Source: Candidatus Kapaibacterium sp. (GTDB lineage Bacteria; Bacteroidota; Ignavibacteria; Kapaibacteriales; UBA2268). From it: a stretch of 64,000 nucleotides of DNA. The notes beneath the pieces are model-generated. The model ran no database searches. It was given only the letters and a program-made list of their open reading frames with translations, and was not told where the DNA came from. Every line of letters begins with the position of its first letter. Position 1 is the stretch's first letter. The translations under genes were made by a program, and so were the position numbers. Where the stretch lies: contig OY762428.1 in assembly GCA_963665665.1 (NCBI GenBank), positions 5,280,001 to 5,344,000 of the forward strand. The letters are read 5' to 3'. This document shows, in pieces, positions 46,714 through 56,980 of the stretch.

Positions 46714-49104
46714 TTAGGAAACTTCGTCAAAATCAACTATCAGCTTTTTCAAAGCCTTCTCAAGAGAATACCTATGCCTTACATTCTCAACCGATTTTAT
46801 TTTCATATTACTGTATTCATCATCGCTTTCGTTGAAGAGGAGGCTGCTAATCTTTTCTTTCCACTCTTCTTTACTATTGGATTCTACTACCAGTCCGGTA
46901 TTGTTATTTATAATTATCTCTCTCGGGCCGCCAACCCCGGAAACAAGGCATGGAATTCCGCATGCCTGCGCTTCCAGAACCGACATTCCGAAAGTATCTG
47001 TTTCGCTTGGAAATACAAAAAGGTCGGCAGCGCGGTAGACATCGCCGAGTTTTCCGCGATCGATTTTACCAGTAAACACAAATTCATCACTACCGGAATA
47101 TTTAAGTTTTAATTCTTTTAGATATGGCCCGTCTCCGGCTATCATCAGATTTAATTTTTTGCCGGATTTATTCAGTTCATGAACAGAATCAAAAACCACG
47201 TTAAGATTTTTATCCTTCGAAATTCTTCCAGTGAACAAAAGCAGAGGTTTGCCGTTCAGGTTGAAATATTCTCTTACTTTAGTCTTTTCTTCATCGCCGC
47301 CTGGATAAAATACCGACTCGTTCACCCAACGCCGGAAACGCTTAATCTTACGATTATCGAATCCATATTCTTCAAGAATATATTTGTATTCCAGAGCCGG
47401 GCTGGCAATAATATCGGATTTATCATAAAACCATCGGATATAACTCTTCATCATAATATTCAGCAGGTCGTCGTCGGCAATTTTAGCAAGCTGCTTTTCA
47501 AAATCTGTATGGAAAATATTTATTGAAGGAATCTTCAGAAGTTTTGCTGCCAGAAGGCCTACCAGCCCTACAAAACCCGGCGTTGATATGTATATTTCAT
47601 CCGGATCGTAATCGTAAATAGCCCGAAGCGATTCCAGCAGCGAGGGAACTTTCAGAGTATAGGATTCGTAATATGGCATGTGAAAATCGAATACAGAATT
47701 CAGTTCGAAAATATTCGGAGGCAGGTTGTCCCTGTTTTCGTTTTCGGTAATACATGCGGCAATTTTTACATTCAACCCCTCTTCGTAAGCAAAATTACTG
47801 TATTCTTTCAATGTTGCAGAAACACCGTTTAAATCATCAATTGTATCAGTAAACCATAATACTTTTGTCCGGACTTTTTTTGATTCTGGAAGTAATTTAT
47901 TCTTAAGTTTTCTAATTAATTCCCTGTCCCTGAAAAGGTAGTTCATGGCAGTAATGAAGGGTGTAGTCAGAAATAATGCCGGAAGAACCGTAACAGCTTT
48001 CATAAATGAATTGACAACATCCATATCCTTAAGGTTATCCCTAAGGTAAATACCGATATTCTTAACAAGCTCGTCGGTCAGGTTGCTAAAACTATCAAAA
48101 GCTATTTTAATTCTGATTTCCGGATCAGCATCTTTTACTTCCTCAAGTTTTTTTACAAGCTCAATAATCTTTCTTGAAATAACATCATCATCACGCACAG
48201 TTACATTGTAGCCCTTGAGTTTTATTTTATTCATAAGGCTGAGTGATCCTGTATCAAATATCAGGTCATTTACATTCCCAATAAATTTTGAGCCGAATTT
48301 TTTATTTTTCTTTTCCGTATAGTCCCATGCTACTTTATAAACAGAGAATGCCAGGGAGGCGAAATCGTTGCTTCTGCCGGCCACATCGCATTCTCCCTTT
48401 CTTAAGCGGCTAAGGAACTGATCTGCTGAAAGAGAATATGCCTCGGTATAAGTTTTCCCAATAAACAGCCCTGCGGAATCATCGCTTCCCGCAATAAATT
48501 TCTTTTGCCAGGGATGCTTTCCTACAGGTTCAATACCATGCTTATCTTTCAATTCATGGATTTTTTCTTTTGTTAGTCCGGATAGTATTTCCATAACAGC
48601 TTTATTTGTTCGCAGGTTTTTCTCGCCGTTAATACCCTCGAATACATTGAAAAGCAGAATCAACTTTTCGAAATGTGCGACAGAAAGCCTTCCGTTAACA
48701 GCATAAACCGGATGAGCCACGGCATGAGGAAATTTTTTCTTAGCAAGATAATCTCTCAGCTCGTAAATATTTTTTCTTTTATTCTCTATCTTTTCGAAAT
48801 GCTTTTCTTCAAATCCGTAAATCAGAATATGAACCTTGCAGCCGTCTTCGGGGAAATATGCTGTTGATTCAACCCCGGTAAAAGTAGTTTCAGGGTATTT
48901 TTTTCTGAGTTCCATTATACCATCAATATTGTTGTGATCAGTAATGGTAACCATATCCATCCCGCGAGCCATTGCCGTTTTGTAAATATATTTCGGTTTG
49001 GAATATGATTCACCCGCTCCGAGCCTTTGCAGGAACCAGTCAGAAGGATGGTTGCTGTAGATTGAATGTACGTGAAGGTCTGCTTTCATCAATTTTCCGT
49101 TCAA
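46714..49104 (-). CDS. PHP-domain + GT4 glycosyltransferase fusion
   Basis: DLHVHS, TITDHN, AHP, GSD (PHP); WFTDT..NGVS, GRISKDKN, FPSETDTFGMSVLEAQACGIP (GT4). Confidence 0.88.
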   Translation of the reverse strand: MNGKLMKADLHVHSIYSNHPSDWFLQRLGAGESYSKPKYIYKTAMARGMDMVTITDHNNIDGIMELRKKYPETTFTGVESTAYFPEDGCKVHILIYGFEEKHFEKIENKRKNIYELRDYLAKKKFPHAVAHPVYAVNGRLSVAHFEKLILLFNVFEGINGEKNLRTNKAVMEILSGLTKEKIHELKDKHGIEPVGKHPWQKKFIAGSDDSAGLFIGKTYTEAYSLSADQFLSRLRKGECDVAGRSNDFASLAFSVYKVAWDYTEKKNKKFGSKFIGNVNDLIFDTGSLSLMNKIKLKGYNVTVRDDDVISRKIIELVKKLEEVKDADPEIRIKIAFDSFSNLTDELVKNIGIYLRDNLKDMDVVNSFMKAVTVLPALFLTTPFITAMNYLFRDRELIRKLKNKLLPESKKVRTKVLWFTDTIDDLNGVSATLKEYSNFAYEEGLNVKIAACITENENRDNLPPNIFELNSVFDFHMPYYESYTLKVPSLLESLRAIYDYDPDEIYISTPGFVGLVGLLAAKLLKIPSINIFHTDFEKQLAKIADDDLLNIMMKSYIRWFYDKSDIIASPALEYKYILEEYGFDNRKIKRFRRWVNESVFYPGGDEEKTKVREYFNLNGKPLLLFTGRISKDKNLNVVFDSVHELNKSGKKLNLMIAGDGPYLKELKLKYSGSDEFVFTGKIDRGKLGDVYRAADLFVFPSETDTFGMSVLEAQACGIPCLVSGVGGPREIIINNNTGLVVESNSKEEWKEKISSLLFNESDDEYSNMKIKSVENVRHRYSLEKALKKLIVDFDEVS

Positions 49105-49107
49105 ATT

Positions 49108-50847
49108 TTAGTTATTTACAAAACTTTTCTGTAGGTAATAACGTTCCTTTTTATCAGCTTTCACCATATCCATGTCAACCAGTATCAGTCCGTCAATAGA
49201 ATCTGAGAATTTTTTGTCAACAGCAAAATCATAGAATTTCGAGCCGCCGTATTCAGTCAATTCAGAATATCTCCTGTATAGAACAGGAATAGTAAATCCC
49301 TGAACTCGCAGATTATTTTTCAAAATCCTGAAATCCCCTGTTGGATTATCTGAATTGAAAAGTTTTTCAAGTTCCTGATTGTCCTTCTTGGATATTCGGT
49401 AGGGATATATTGCATTAGCCAGGTTTGCGTCTCCCCCATACCATTTATTATAATAATAAATGATCATATTTTTCGCTGAATCAGGGTAGTTATCGCTTAT
49501 ACTGACTGCTCCCCACAGGTATCGTATTTCAGGATTCTTCTGTAAGAATGAGCCTATACCCTGCCAGATATAATCCAGGGCGTAACTTCTCCAGTATTTT
49601 TGCTGAATGAAGCTTCTTCCCATTTCGATTGATTTGTTCAATATCGGCCTGAAATCATCGCTGAACTTAAACTGTGATGCATTATATAATCCCTTAACAC
49701 CCAGATCGTTTATTATTTCCTTACACATGCCGAGCCTGTACGCACCGGCAATTTCAAGCTCGTCGTCGTCCCAAAGAACAATATGGCGGTAATAAACATC
49801 ATACTCGTCAAAATCAAATGACCTGCCGGTTCCCTCGCCTACTTTACGGAAAGTGATCTCGCGAAGACGGGCAATTTCCATCATTACATTTTTTCCCTTT
49901 TCATAATCAACAAGGAAAATCTGCATTCCGTCGCTCGTTTTACCAATCAAATCATTCTGCAGGAGTTCTGACTTGAGTATTTTTCTCGGTACAGGATGAA
50001 TAATTGTCTTTTCAGTGCCATATATAGCTGATTTATTCTTTTTCAGCCTGTAAACATGTTTTTTGAGTAATTTAATCTGAACTTTCGGATGAAGTATATT
50101 CTTCTTAAAAGATTCCGGATTAATGGGATCGCCAAATTTTATTGAAATTGTTTTATTCTTTTTATTGAACAACTCATGCGGTAAGAGGAAAGTTGCTGCA
50201 TTCCTGTAAATCATCGAAGTAAAATAAAAAAGAGCAGAATTTCTGGCCTTGACAAATGCCGGTAACACGGGAGCGTTGTGTTTACGTGCAAAGCTTAAAG
50301 CTCCCCTTCTCCATTTGCCGTCGCATATACCCTTTGGTGTAAACCTTGAAACTTCCCCTGCTGGGAAAAATATTACCGCCTCGTCATTAGCCAGCGCCTG
50401 ATCGATATTTTTCAGGTATTTTTTTTGATTTTTAAGGGAGAATACATCGTAGGGCAGGAAAAGATTGTCCAATGGTTCTATCAGTGACAGGACGTCATTA
50501 GCCACGATCTTTACATCAGGCCTGACTTCGGATACAGCCTTGAGTAATGCCAGGCCATCGAGTGACCCCATTGGATGGTTAGACACGATAACGAGTTTTC
50601 CCTCGGACGGAATTTTCATTCTGTCCTTACTGGATACGGAATATGAAAAATCAAGGTATTCAAATAATTTATCAATAAAATCGAAACCTTTCAGGTGTCC
50701 GGAATTAGCAATAAATTCATTTACTTCCTTTACATGCAAAGCTTTGTTTCCGATTTTCAACAGCCCCCGGGTAAGAAATCCCGGATACTTATTAAAGAAG
50801 TTTGGCGCCTTGCTGCTGATAATTTCTTTTAAATCAATCTTTTCCAT
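49108..50847 (-). CDS. PlsC-type acyltransferase + GNAT N-acyltransferase fusion (OlsF-like aminolipid synthase)
   Basis: NHPMGSLDG (HxxxxD), IFFPAGEVS; EIARLREITFRKVGEGTG, GAYRLG, IEMGRSFIQ. Confidence 0.82.
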   Translation of the reverse strand: MEKIDLKEIISSKAPNFFNKYPGFLTRGLLKIGNKALHVKEVNEFIANSGHLKGFDFIDKLFEYLDFSYSVSSKDRMKIPSEGKLVIVSNHPMGSLDGLALLKAVSEVRPDVKIVANDVLSLIEPLDNLFLPYDVFSLKNQKKYLKNIDQALANDEAVIFFPAGEVSRFTPKGICDGKWRRGALSFARKHNAPVLPAFVKARNSALFYFTSMIYRNAATFLLPHELFNKKNKTISIKFGDPINPESFKKNILHPKVQIKLLKKHVYRLKKNKSAIYGTEKTIIHPVPRKILKSELLQNDLIGKTSDGMQIFLVDYEKGKNVMMEIARLREITFRKVGEGTGRSFDFDEYDVYYRHIVLWDDDELEIAGAYRLGMCKEIINDLGVKGLYNASQFKFSDDFRPILNKSIEMGRSFIQQKYWRSYALDYIWQGIGSFLQKNPEIRYLWGAVSISDNYPDSAKNMIIYYYNKWYGGDANLANAIYPYRISKKDNQELEKLFNSDNPTGDFRILKNNLRVQGFTIPVLYRRYSELTEYGGSKFYDFAVDKKFSDSIDGLILVDMDMVKADKKERYYLQKSFVNN

Positions 50848-50873
50848 GATATATACCCCCGGTTAAATAAAAT

Positions 50874-51761
50874 TTATACCTGAACTCTTCTCAATTTTCT
50901 TCTTATAGGAATTTCGCTGTCATATACTCTTTTAATACCATCGCCGAGTGATGATTCAATATCCCGAATATTTGAAATAAGCCTGAACAGGCCTCCGATT
51001 TCAACCGAAGCTGCCTGGTCGGATCCCCACATTGCCCTGTCCAGGGTAATATGCCTCTCAATGAAATTTGCCCCTAGAACAACAGTTGCCCATGTCGGTG
51101 CCAGCCCGGTTTCATGCCCTGAATAACCGATCGGCATTTCCGGGTATCTGTCTTTCAAAGTTTGAATAACATTAAGGTTTAATTCATCCAATTTGCAGGG
51201 ATATGTTGATGTGGAATGTGCAAGCAGAATATTGTCCCTGCCAATAGTTTCAAGAGCCATATCAATTTCATCCATAGTGGACATGCCAGACGATAGCATT
51301 AATGGTTTGCCCGTGGATTTCACTTTTTTCAAAAGCTCAAGGTCTGTTAAAGCTGCAGAAGGAGCTTTATGGAATGGAGGGTTGAACCTTTCGATAAAAT
51401 CAACTGATGGTTCGTCCCAGCAGGAAGCAGTCCACACAATACCGTTTGACTTACAGAAATCATCGATTTCCTGATATTCAGCTTCTCCGAATTCAACCTT
51501 GTAGCGATAATCAATATAAGTCATTCTTCCCCAGGGAGTATCCCTTTCGATTAGTTTCTGATCGTCAGGAACGCACAATTCCGGAGTACGTTTTTGGAAT
51601 TTAACTGCGTTTGCTCCCGCAGCGGCTGCCCCGGCTATAAGTTTTTTGGCAAGTTCGACGGAACCATTGTGGTTTATTCCGATTTCACCGATCACCCATG
51701 TCGGGTGGCCGTCGCCGATAAAATCATTTCCGATTTGAATTTCTCTTTTATTCATTTCCAT
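50874..51761 (-). CDS. N-acetylneuraminate synthase (NeuB) family protein, short form without SAF domain
   Basis: EIGINHNGS, VKFQKR, STYP, GYSGHE, IERHITLDR. Confidence 0.9.
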   Translation of the reverse strand: MEMNKREIQIGNDFIGDGHPTWVIGEIGINHNGSVELAKKLIAGAAAAGANAVKFQKRTPELCVPDDQKLIERDTPWGRMTYIDYRYKVEFGEAEYQEIDDFCKSNGIVWTASCWDEPSVDFIERFNPPFHKAPSAALTDLELLKKVKSTGKPLMLSSGMSTMDEIDMALETIGRDNILLAHSTSTYPCKLDELNLNVIQTLKDRYPEMPIGYSGHETGLAPTWATVVLGANFIERHITLDRAMWGSDQAASVEIGGLFRLISNIRDIESSLGDGIKRVYDSEIPIRRKLRRVQV

Positions 51762-51921
51762 GACCGAATTTATGTGTAAATATTTATTTGCTTAAAATTT
51801 TATTTTTCGTTATCTCATAACAATGTCTTTTTTTTCTGAATTTGTAAAATTTGTCTTTCTGATTCCGCGAATAAATGCAAGCTTTTACTCATGAAGAAAT
51901 GACACGAAAATCAGCTAAACA

Positions 51922-52021
51922 ATTCCCCTCCTTCGGCGGGATTCCCGAAGGGCTGGATTGAGTTGAGAATAAATTCAAGAAGAAGAAACCACCCATTTGA
52001 TCCCCTCCAATGGAGGGGAAT
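51922..52021. repeat. Degenerate ATTCCCCTCC..GGAGGGGAAT inverted-repeat element
   Basis: Terminal inverted ATTCCCCTCC/GGAGGGGAAT with internal AAACCACCC; related to modules at 14.6, 16.2 and 27.8 kb. Confidence 0.55.
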
Positions 52022-52228
52022 GATAAACAATTTATATTATTTATTTCCATATTTCCCTATGATACAATACTTTATTAAACACTCACCTATCATTAGGCGG
52101 AATCTAACTGAATGAAGATTTCATTTTATTGATCCATACCAGAATAATGAACTCTTTACCCAGCATATCCCTCCCTCTTCAGGTTTTATAGACATCCCTT
52201 TGATATTCTTTTTTCAAATAACAATCTG

Positions 52229-53068
52229 CTACCAGGCAGTCCAGCCACCATCAACAACGAGGTTGGCGCCTGTCATATAGGAAGAAGCGTCGCTTGCCAG
52301 GAAAACCACGGCACCTCTGTAATCTTCAGGTGCAGCCATTCTTCCAAGAGGTGTTTTGCGGGAATAATTCTGTATAAAGAATTCGTCCTGCCCGTTCTCA
52401 ACTCCGCCGGGAGAAAGAGTATTCACACGCACGCCGTTCTTTCCCCAGTAAGTTGCAAGAAAGCGGGTGAAAGAAATTACTGCGCCCTTTGCAGCAGGAT
52501 ACACGGCGGATTTAAAAAATTTCTGTGAACCGTCCGGCTTCATGTATAACGACTGGTCCGGCGCTACAATTCCATAAGTTGATGCAATATTGATTATGCT
52601 GCCTCCGCCCTGTTTAGCCATTTCAGCACCCAGCACCTGGGAACTTATAAACATACCTGTTATGTTCACGTCCAGAACTTTCCTGAAAAGTTCTACAGGA
52701 TAATTCTCAAACATCGAGGGATTGTTCTTTGAATTTCTTTTTGAAGAATCCGGCGCGTTAATGGGCTGTTCCACCATATCGTTTATTGCAGCGTTATTCA
52801 CCAGGACATCTATATGGCCGTACCTTTGCAGGATGTTCGTGCGCAGCGCTTTAACAGACTGAACATCCGTAATATCCAGCATCACGCCGGTTGACCATGT
52901 TGGTAACTGGGCGGCAAATTCTTCACAGGCATCCCTGTCGAGATCGCATACTACAACGTTTGCCCCGGCATCGGCAAGCGCTATACAATGCTGCCTTCCG
53001 ATCAACCCGAGAGCGCCTGTAACGACTGCCGTCTTATCGTTCAATAAGAATTGTTCGGATAGTTTCAT
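52229..53068 (-). CDS. SDR family oxidoreductase
   Basis: TGALGLIG, VLVNNAA, YPAAK, NTLSPGG, NLVVDGGWT. Confidence 0.92.
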   Translation of the reverse strand: MKLSEQFLLNDKTAVVTGALGLIGRQHCIALADAGANVVVCDLDRDACEEFAAQLPTWSTGVMLDITDVQSVKALRTNILQRYGHIDVLVNNAAINDMVEQPINAPDSSKRNSKNNPSMFENYPVELFRKVLDVNITGMFISSQVLGAEMAKQGGGSIINIASTYGIVAPDQSLYMKPDGSQKFFKSAVYPAAKGAVISFTRFLATYWGKNGVRVNTLSPGGVENGQDEFFIQNYSRKTPLGRMAAPEDYRGAVVFLASDASSYMTGANLVVDGGWTAW

Positions 53069-53069
53069 A

Positions 53070-54404
53070 TTATTGTTTCCTGGGTTTCATGTTAAAATTA
53101 CCGACTTTCCTGAAAACCGGTTCAACAGGATCACCTTTAAGCAATTCACCGGCATTAGCGTTTTCGACCGCTTTTTTAAGCATGGGTAGTACCTCGCGGT
53201 AAACTTCGAGGGTATAATTAACATCATTTTCAGTGTGCGAGAATGACATATTATGGAAACCTCCCCAAAGGATTCCCCTTTTAATCATTTCCTGCTGGAC
53301 ATAAGATTTAAGAATTAGCGGATTACCGGCTTTGGCGTCAAAAGTCATCAGGCTACGGAAGTTATACCCCTTTGCTGATGTATAATCCATTTTTAGCGAA
53401 GACGCTATTTCATTGTATCCGTCTTTAAGCATCTTTCCCATTCTGTCAAGATGCCCCTGAACATCACAATTTCTCATTTCCTCGATCGTAGCTTTTGCCG
53501 CTGCAAGCGACAGGGCTTCGCCGCCGAAAGTGCCATAGAAGAATACTTCCGATTCAACAGCCCTCATAATGTCCCTGCGGCCTGTTATAATTGATAATGG
53601 CATCCCGTTGGCAACAGCTTTTGAAAAAGTTGCAATATCGGCTTTGATACCGAAATATTCCTGCGCCCCGCCAAGAGCAATTCGGAAACCTGTCCACATT
53701 TCATCGAATATAAGGACAATGCCTTTTTCATCGCAAATAGCTCTGAGCTTCTGCAGGAAGCCGTCTTTAGGAGCGTCAAATACAACCGGCTCAAGAATAA
53801 TTGCAGCCGTATCGTCGTCAATTGAATCCAATACGGAATCGATATTATTATAGTCGAATGTATAAGAAAGCTGCTTTGTATATTCAGGTATTCCCTTATC
53901 CCAGTCTGTAACGGTTATATACCAGTCCTGGGCCCCGTGGTAACCGCAGCACAGAATGGTGTTCTTTCCGGTAAATGCTCTCGCCAGCCTGATTGCGCCG
54001 GTTGTTACATCGTTGCCAATCTTTGAAAACCGTACAGATTCGGCATTTGGAATAATATCCCTGATAAGCTCTGATACTTCAACTTCCAGCCTGTGCGGAA
54101 GCGAGAATGTGATACCGTCTTCAAGCTGCTGTTTGATCGCTTCATCAATTTTATCATAAGCATAACCGAGAGATAGCGGTCCGACTCCCATTGTGTAGTC
54201 AATGTATTCGTTTCCGTCCACATCCCATACGCGGCAGCCCTTGCCACGCTCCAGATAGACAGGCGCTACGCCTTTCACGTATTGGCCCGGGCCTTTTGCC
54301 AGCGTCTGAGTATGCTTAGGTATTAAACCCTCCGCCCTTTCGCATAATTTTAGCGACTCCGAAATATCCGGATAATTATCATTGAATTTAACGCCGTTCG
54401 GCAT
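53070..54404 (-). CDS. Class III PLP aminotransferase (GSA-aminomutase-like, sugar-cluster type)
   Basis: DVDGNEYIDY, GYHG, LIFDEMWTGFR, FSKAVANGMP, TFGGE. Confidence 0.9.
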   Translation of the reverse strand: MPNGVKFNDNYPDISESLKLCERAEGLIPKHTQTLAKGPGQYVKGVAPVYLERGKGCRVWDVDGNEYIDYTMGVGPLSLGYAYDKIDEAIKQQLEDGITFSLPHRLEVEVSELIRDIIPNAESVRFSKIGNDVTTGAIRLARAFTGKNTILCCGYHGAQDWYITVTDWDKGIPEYTKQLSYTFDYNNIDSVLDSIDDDTAAIILEPVVFDAPKDGFLQKLRAICDEKGIVLIFDEMWTGFRIALGGAQEYFGIKADIATFSKAVANGMPLSIITGRRDIMRAVESEVFFYGTFGGEALSLAAAKATIEEMRNCDVQGHLDRMGKMLKDGYNEIASSLKMDYTSAKGYNFRSLMTFDAKAGNPLILKSYVQQEMIKRGILWGGFHNMSFSHTENDVNYTLEVYREVLPMLKKAVENANAGELLKGDPVEPVFRKVGNFNMKPRKQ

Positions 54405-54421
54405 AATTCCCCCGCTTATTA

Positions 54422-55336
54422 TTAATTTATTTTATTGAGTATTTTTTTGACAATATCTTCAGGCATAAAGCCTTCGTATTTCATAATTTCATTAAGCATT
54501 AACGGTTTGAACCATTTTTTATCAAGCCCTACCGGTACTATTTCAGGAAACACTCTCCTTTTTGTAAGCAGATTTGAAATAATCGAGAACAATCCGTTTT
54601 GGATAAAATGATCTTCTACAGTTACCAAAGTGTTGCATTCCAACGCAGCATTATAAATTGTCGCCTCATCCAGTGGGCTGAGTGTTCTTAAATTGATAAC
54701 CCTGCAAAGGTAGCCTTTTTTATTCAGGAGTTCTGCTGCTTTCAGGGTATTTTCAAGCATAATACCTGTTGTTATCAGTGCAAAGTCATATCCTTTCCCG
54801 AACACTTCGGCCTTGCCTATTTTAAACGGTTCGTGCTCAATACCGGTTTTATTATCATTATACCTGATATAGAATGGCATTTTAGAAGTAAGTATCTCCG
54901 GCAGACCGGACATCATTTCATCATAGTCCGACGGCGCAAAAACTCCCATTCCGGGGATACCGGCAATCAGGCCCATATCTTCTATTGCCTGGTGAGTCGG
55001 GCCGTTTGCCTGGGAAAGAAATCCTGCAAAACTGCCTACAAGCTTAACAGGCAGGTTTCCATAGCCTACATCTGTGCGAATAAATTCAAAAGACCTCATT
55101 GTAAGGAATGCCGCAAGAGCGTGAACAACGGGAACCCTTCCCCTGATGGCCATACCGGCTGCAGCGCCTACAAGCGTCATTTCAGAAATTCCGGTATCAA
55201 CGAAATTTTTCTCAATCAACGAAGGGATATTCCTTAAAGAAGCCCTGTTCTCGGCTGTCATCACAACGTATCGCTTATCTTCTTTTATAATCGTATGTAA
55301 TAATTCTTCGTAACTCATATCAAGCCTTTTATCCAA
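54422..55336 (-). CDS. Transketolase, C-terminal subunit
   Basis: DTGISEMTLVGAAAGMA, GPTHQAIED, VTVEDH. Confidence 0.9.
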   Translation of the reverse strand: MDKRLDMSYEELLHTIIKEDKRYVVMTAENRASLRNIPSLIEKNFVDTGISEMTLVGAAAGMAIRGRVPVVHALAAFLTMRSFEFIRTDVGYGNLPVKLVGSFAGFLSQANGPTHQAIEDMGLIAGIPGMGVFAPSDYDEMMSGLPEILTSKMPFYIRYNDNKTGIEHEPFKIGKAEVFGKGYDFALITTGIMLENTLKAAELLNKKGYLCRVINLRTLSPLDEATIYNAALECNTLVTVEDHFIQNGLFSIISNLLTKRRVFPEIVPVGLDKKWFKPLMLNEIMKYEGFMPEDIVKKILNKIN

Positions 55337-55338
55337 TA

Positions 55339-56160
55339 TTAGTCTTTAACTTCTTCAAGAACTCTTTTCAACTCTTCATCAGTAAAGTTGCAGAACCATT
55401 TATCCCATCTCGCTTCTATCGAGGCGGCACCTTTTCCGCGAACCGTATCGGCAATTATTACTGTCGGTTTTCCGGATTCAGCAGGAACATTTGAAAATGC
55501 GGTTTCAATCGATTCGAAATCATGCCCGTTGCATTCCAGGGCTCCCCAGCCGAAAGCCCTGAATTTCTCAGCTATATTGCCAAGAGGTATTAGTTCTTCG
55601 GTCTGCATGTTTGCCTGGAATTTGTTTCGGTCAATTATCAGGATAAGGTTGTCAACTTTATGCGCCGTTGCAACAAGAGCAGCTTCCCAAGCAGAGCCTT
55701 CGTTCAGCTCGCCGTCGCCCATCAGAACAACTACTTTATCTTCTGAATCGCTGAGTTTCATTTCAAGAGCTGCTCCAAGGCCAATCGGCAAGCCGTGACC
55801 AAGCGAACCGGAATGAAAATCAACGCCTGCAACGTTAACATTAGGATGCCAATAGATATCGTCTTCTTCTTTCAGGTGAGAATTCAGCCTGTTTTTTTCA
55901 ATAAATCCCATCTCGGCAAAAACTGAATATAAGGCAGGCACAGAATGCCCTTTCGAAAGAAAGAACATATCCCTGTCTTTTTTATCCAGGTTATCTTTGT
56001 TCACGTTCAGATAATCATTGTAAAGCCAGAGTATTATATCGCTGCACGACATTGCAGATCCTGTAAAGGCGCCTCCGTTCGTGGACATTTCAAGAATAGA
56101 GCGTCTTACATTCCGTGCCTTTTCCTCAAGGCTGATCAACTTTTCTTTTGTCATTTTCAC
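55339..56160 (-). CDS. Transketolase, N-terminal (TPP-binding) subunit
   Basis: LSKGH, HP, SGSLGHG, GDGELNEGSAWEA, DGH-like NGHD, TVRGKG. Confidence 0.9.
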   Translation of the reverse strand: MKMTKEKLISLEEKARNVRRSILEMSTNGGAFTGSAMSCSDIILWLYNDYLNVNKDNLDKKDRDMFFLSKGHSVPALYSVFAEMGFIEKNRLNSHLKEEDDIYWHPNVNVAGVDFHSGSLGHGLPIGLGAALEMKLSDSEDKVVVLMGDGELNEGSAWEAALVATAHKVDNLILIIDRNKFQANMQTEELIPLGNIAEKFRAFGWGALECNGHDFESIETAFSNVPAESGKPTVIIADTVRGKGAASIEARWDKWFCNFTDEELKRVLEEVKD

Positions 56161-56966
56161 CTTCCTGATATAACGAATCTTGTTTCTTCCGGGCGAACAG
56201 TATTCAATTCCGAAACATGGTTCCTGTACCAGTTCACCCCGCTATATAAATTGTTTATTTTCATGATCTCCGGTTTGGTCTCCAGCAGATCAATAATTTC
56301 AGTTAAAGTAAAAGGCCTTTCAGGCGTGTAAAGTTCCTCGTAAATCCTTTTTATAAAATCGTAGTCCTCGCGGTAATCGATTGTAAATCTATGGGACATA
56401 GAGTAATTTAGCCCGGTTTCCCACTCTACATTTCCAATCCTATACTTCTTCGGATTATCCCAGATATAAGGCGTGGTATGTTCAAGTTCGAAATTCTTTT
56501 CGGCGTTACGCCATGCTTCTTTCAGTATTCCGAATGGCATAACTTCCACATCGTTCCCGTCCGGATAAGTTGCAGGGTGCAGGTTCGATACAAAGTCGTA
56601 TTTTTCCTGATTATAGAGATAAAACCTGATAACTTTATCAATCACCGAAGGATCAATTAAGGGGCAGTCCGAGGGAATTTTCAGAACCACGTCGGCTTTA
56701 TGTTCAAGTGCTGCGCGGTAATGCCTGTCCAGCAGGTTGGTTGCATGGCCGCGATATACCGGGTATCCTTCTTTTTCGGCAATTTTTACAATTTCATCGT
56801 CGGATTCGTCTTTTGTGGTGGCAACCACAATTTTTGCAGGCAATGATGCGAAGGACATTCTTTCAAGCTGCCTTACGAATAACGGTTTGCCAAGTAAAGG
56901 CAGTAAAGTTTTGCCCGGAAGTCTTGATGATCCTGTTCTGGCCTGCATTATTATTACAATATTCAT
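56157..56966 (-). CDS. SpsF-like cytidylyltransferase family protein
   Basis: QARTGSSRLPGK, DCPLIDP, YPDGNDVE, EHTTPYI, RFTIDYRED. Confidence 0.88.
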   Translation of the reverse strand: MNIVIIMQARTGSSRLPGKTLLPLLGKPLFVRQLERMSFASLPAKIVVATTKDESDDEIVKIAEKEGYPVYRGHATNLLDRHYRAALEHKADVVLKIPSDCPLIDPSVIDKVIRFYLYNQEKYDFVSNLHPATYPDGNDVEVMPFGILKEAWRNAEKNFELEHTTPYIWDNPKKYRIGNVEWETGLNYSMSHRFTIDYREDYDFIKRIYEELYTPERPFTLTEIIDLLETKPEIMKINNLYSGVNWYRNHVSELNTVRPEETRFVISGR

Positions 56967-56980
56967 TTTTCTCCTGTAAA

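Noticed and set aside
53070-54404. hemL assignment
   Set aside because: It is embedded in a sugar-nucleotide operon and there are no tetrapyrrole genes nearby
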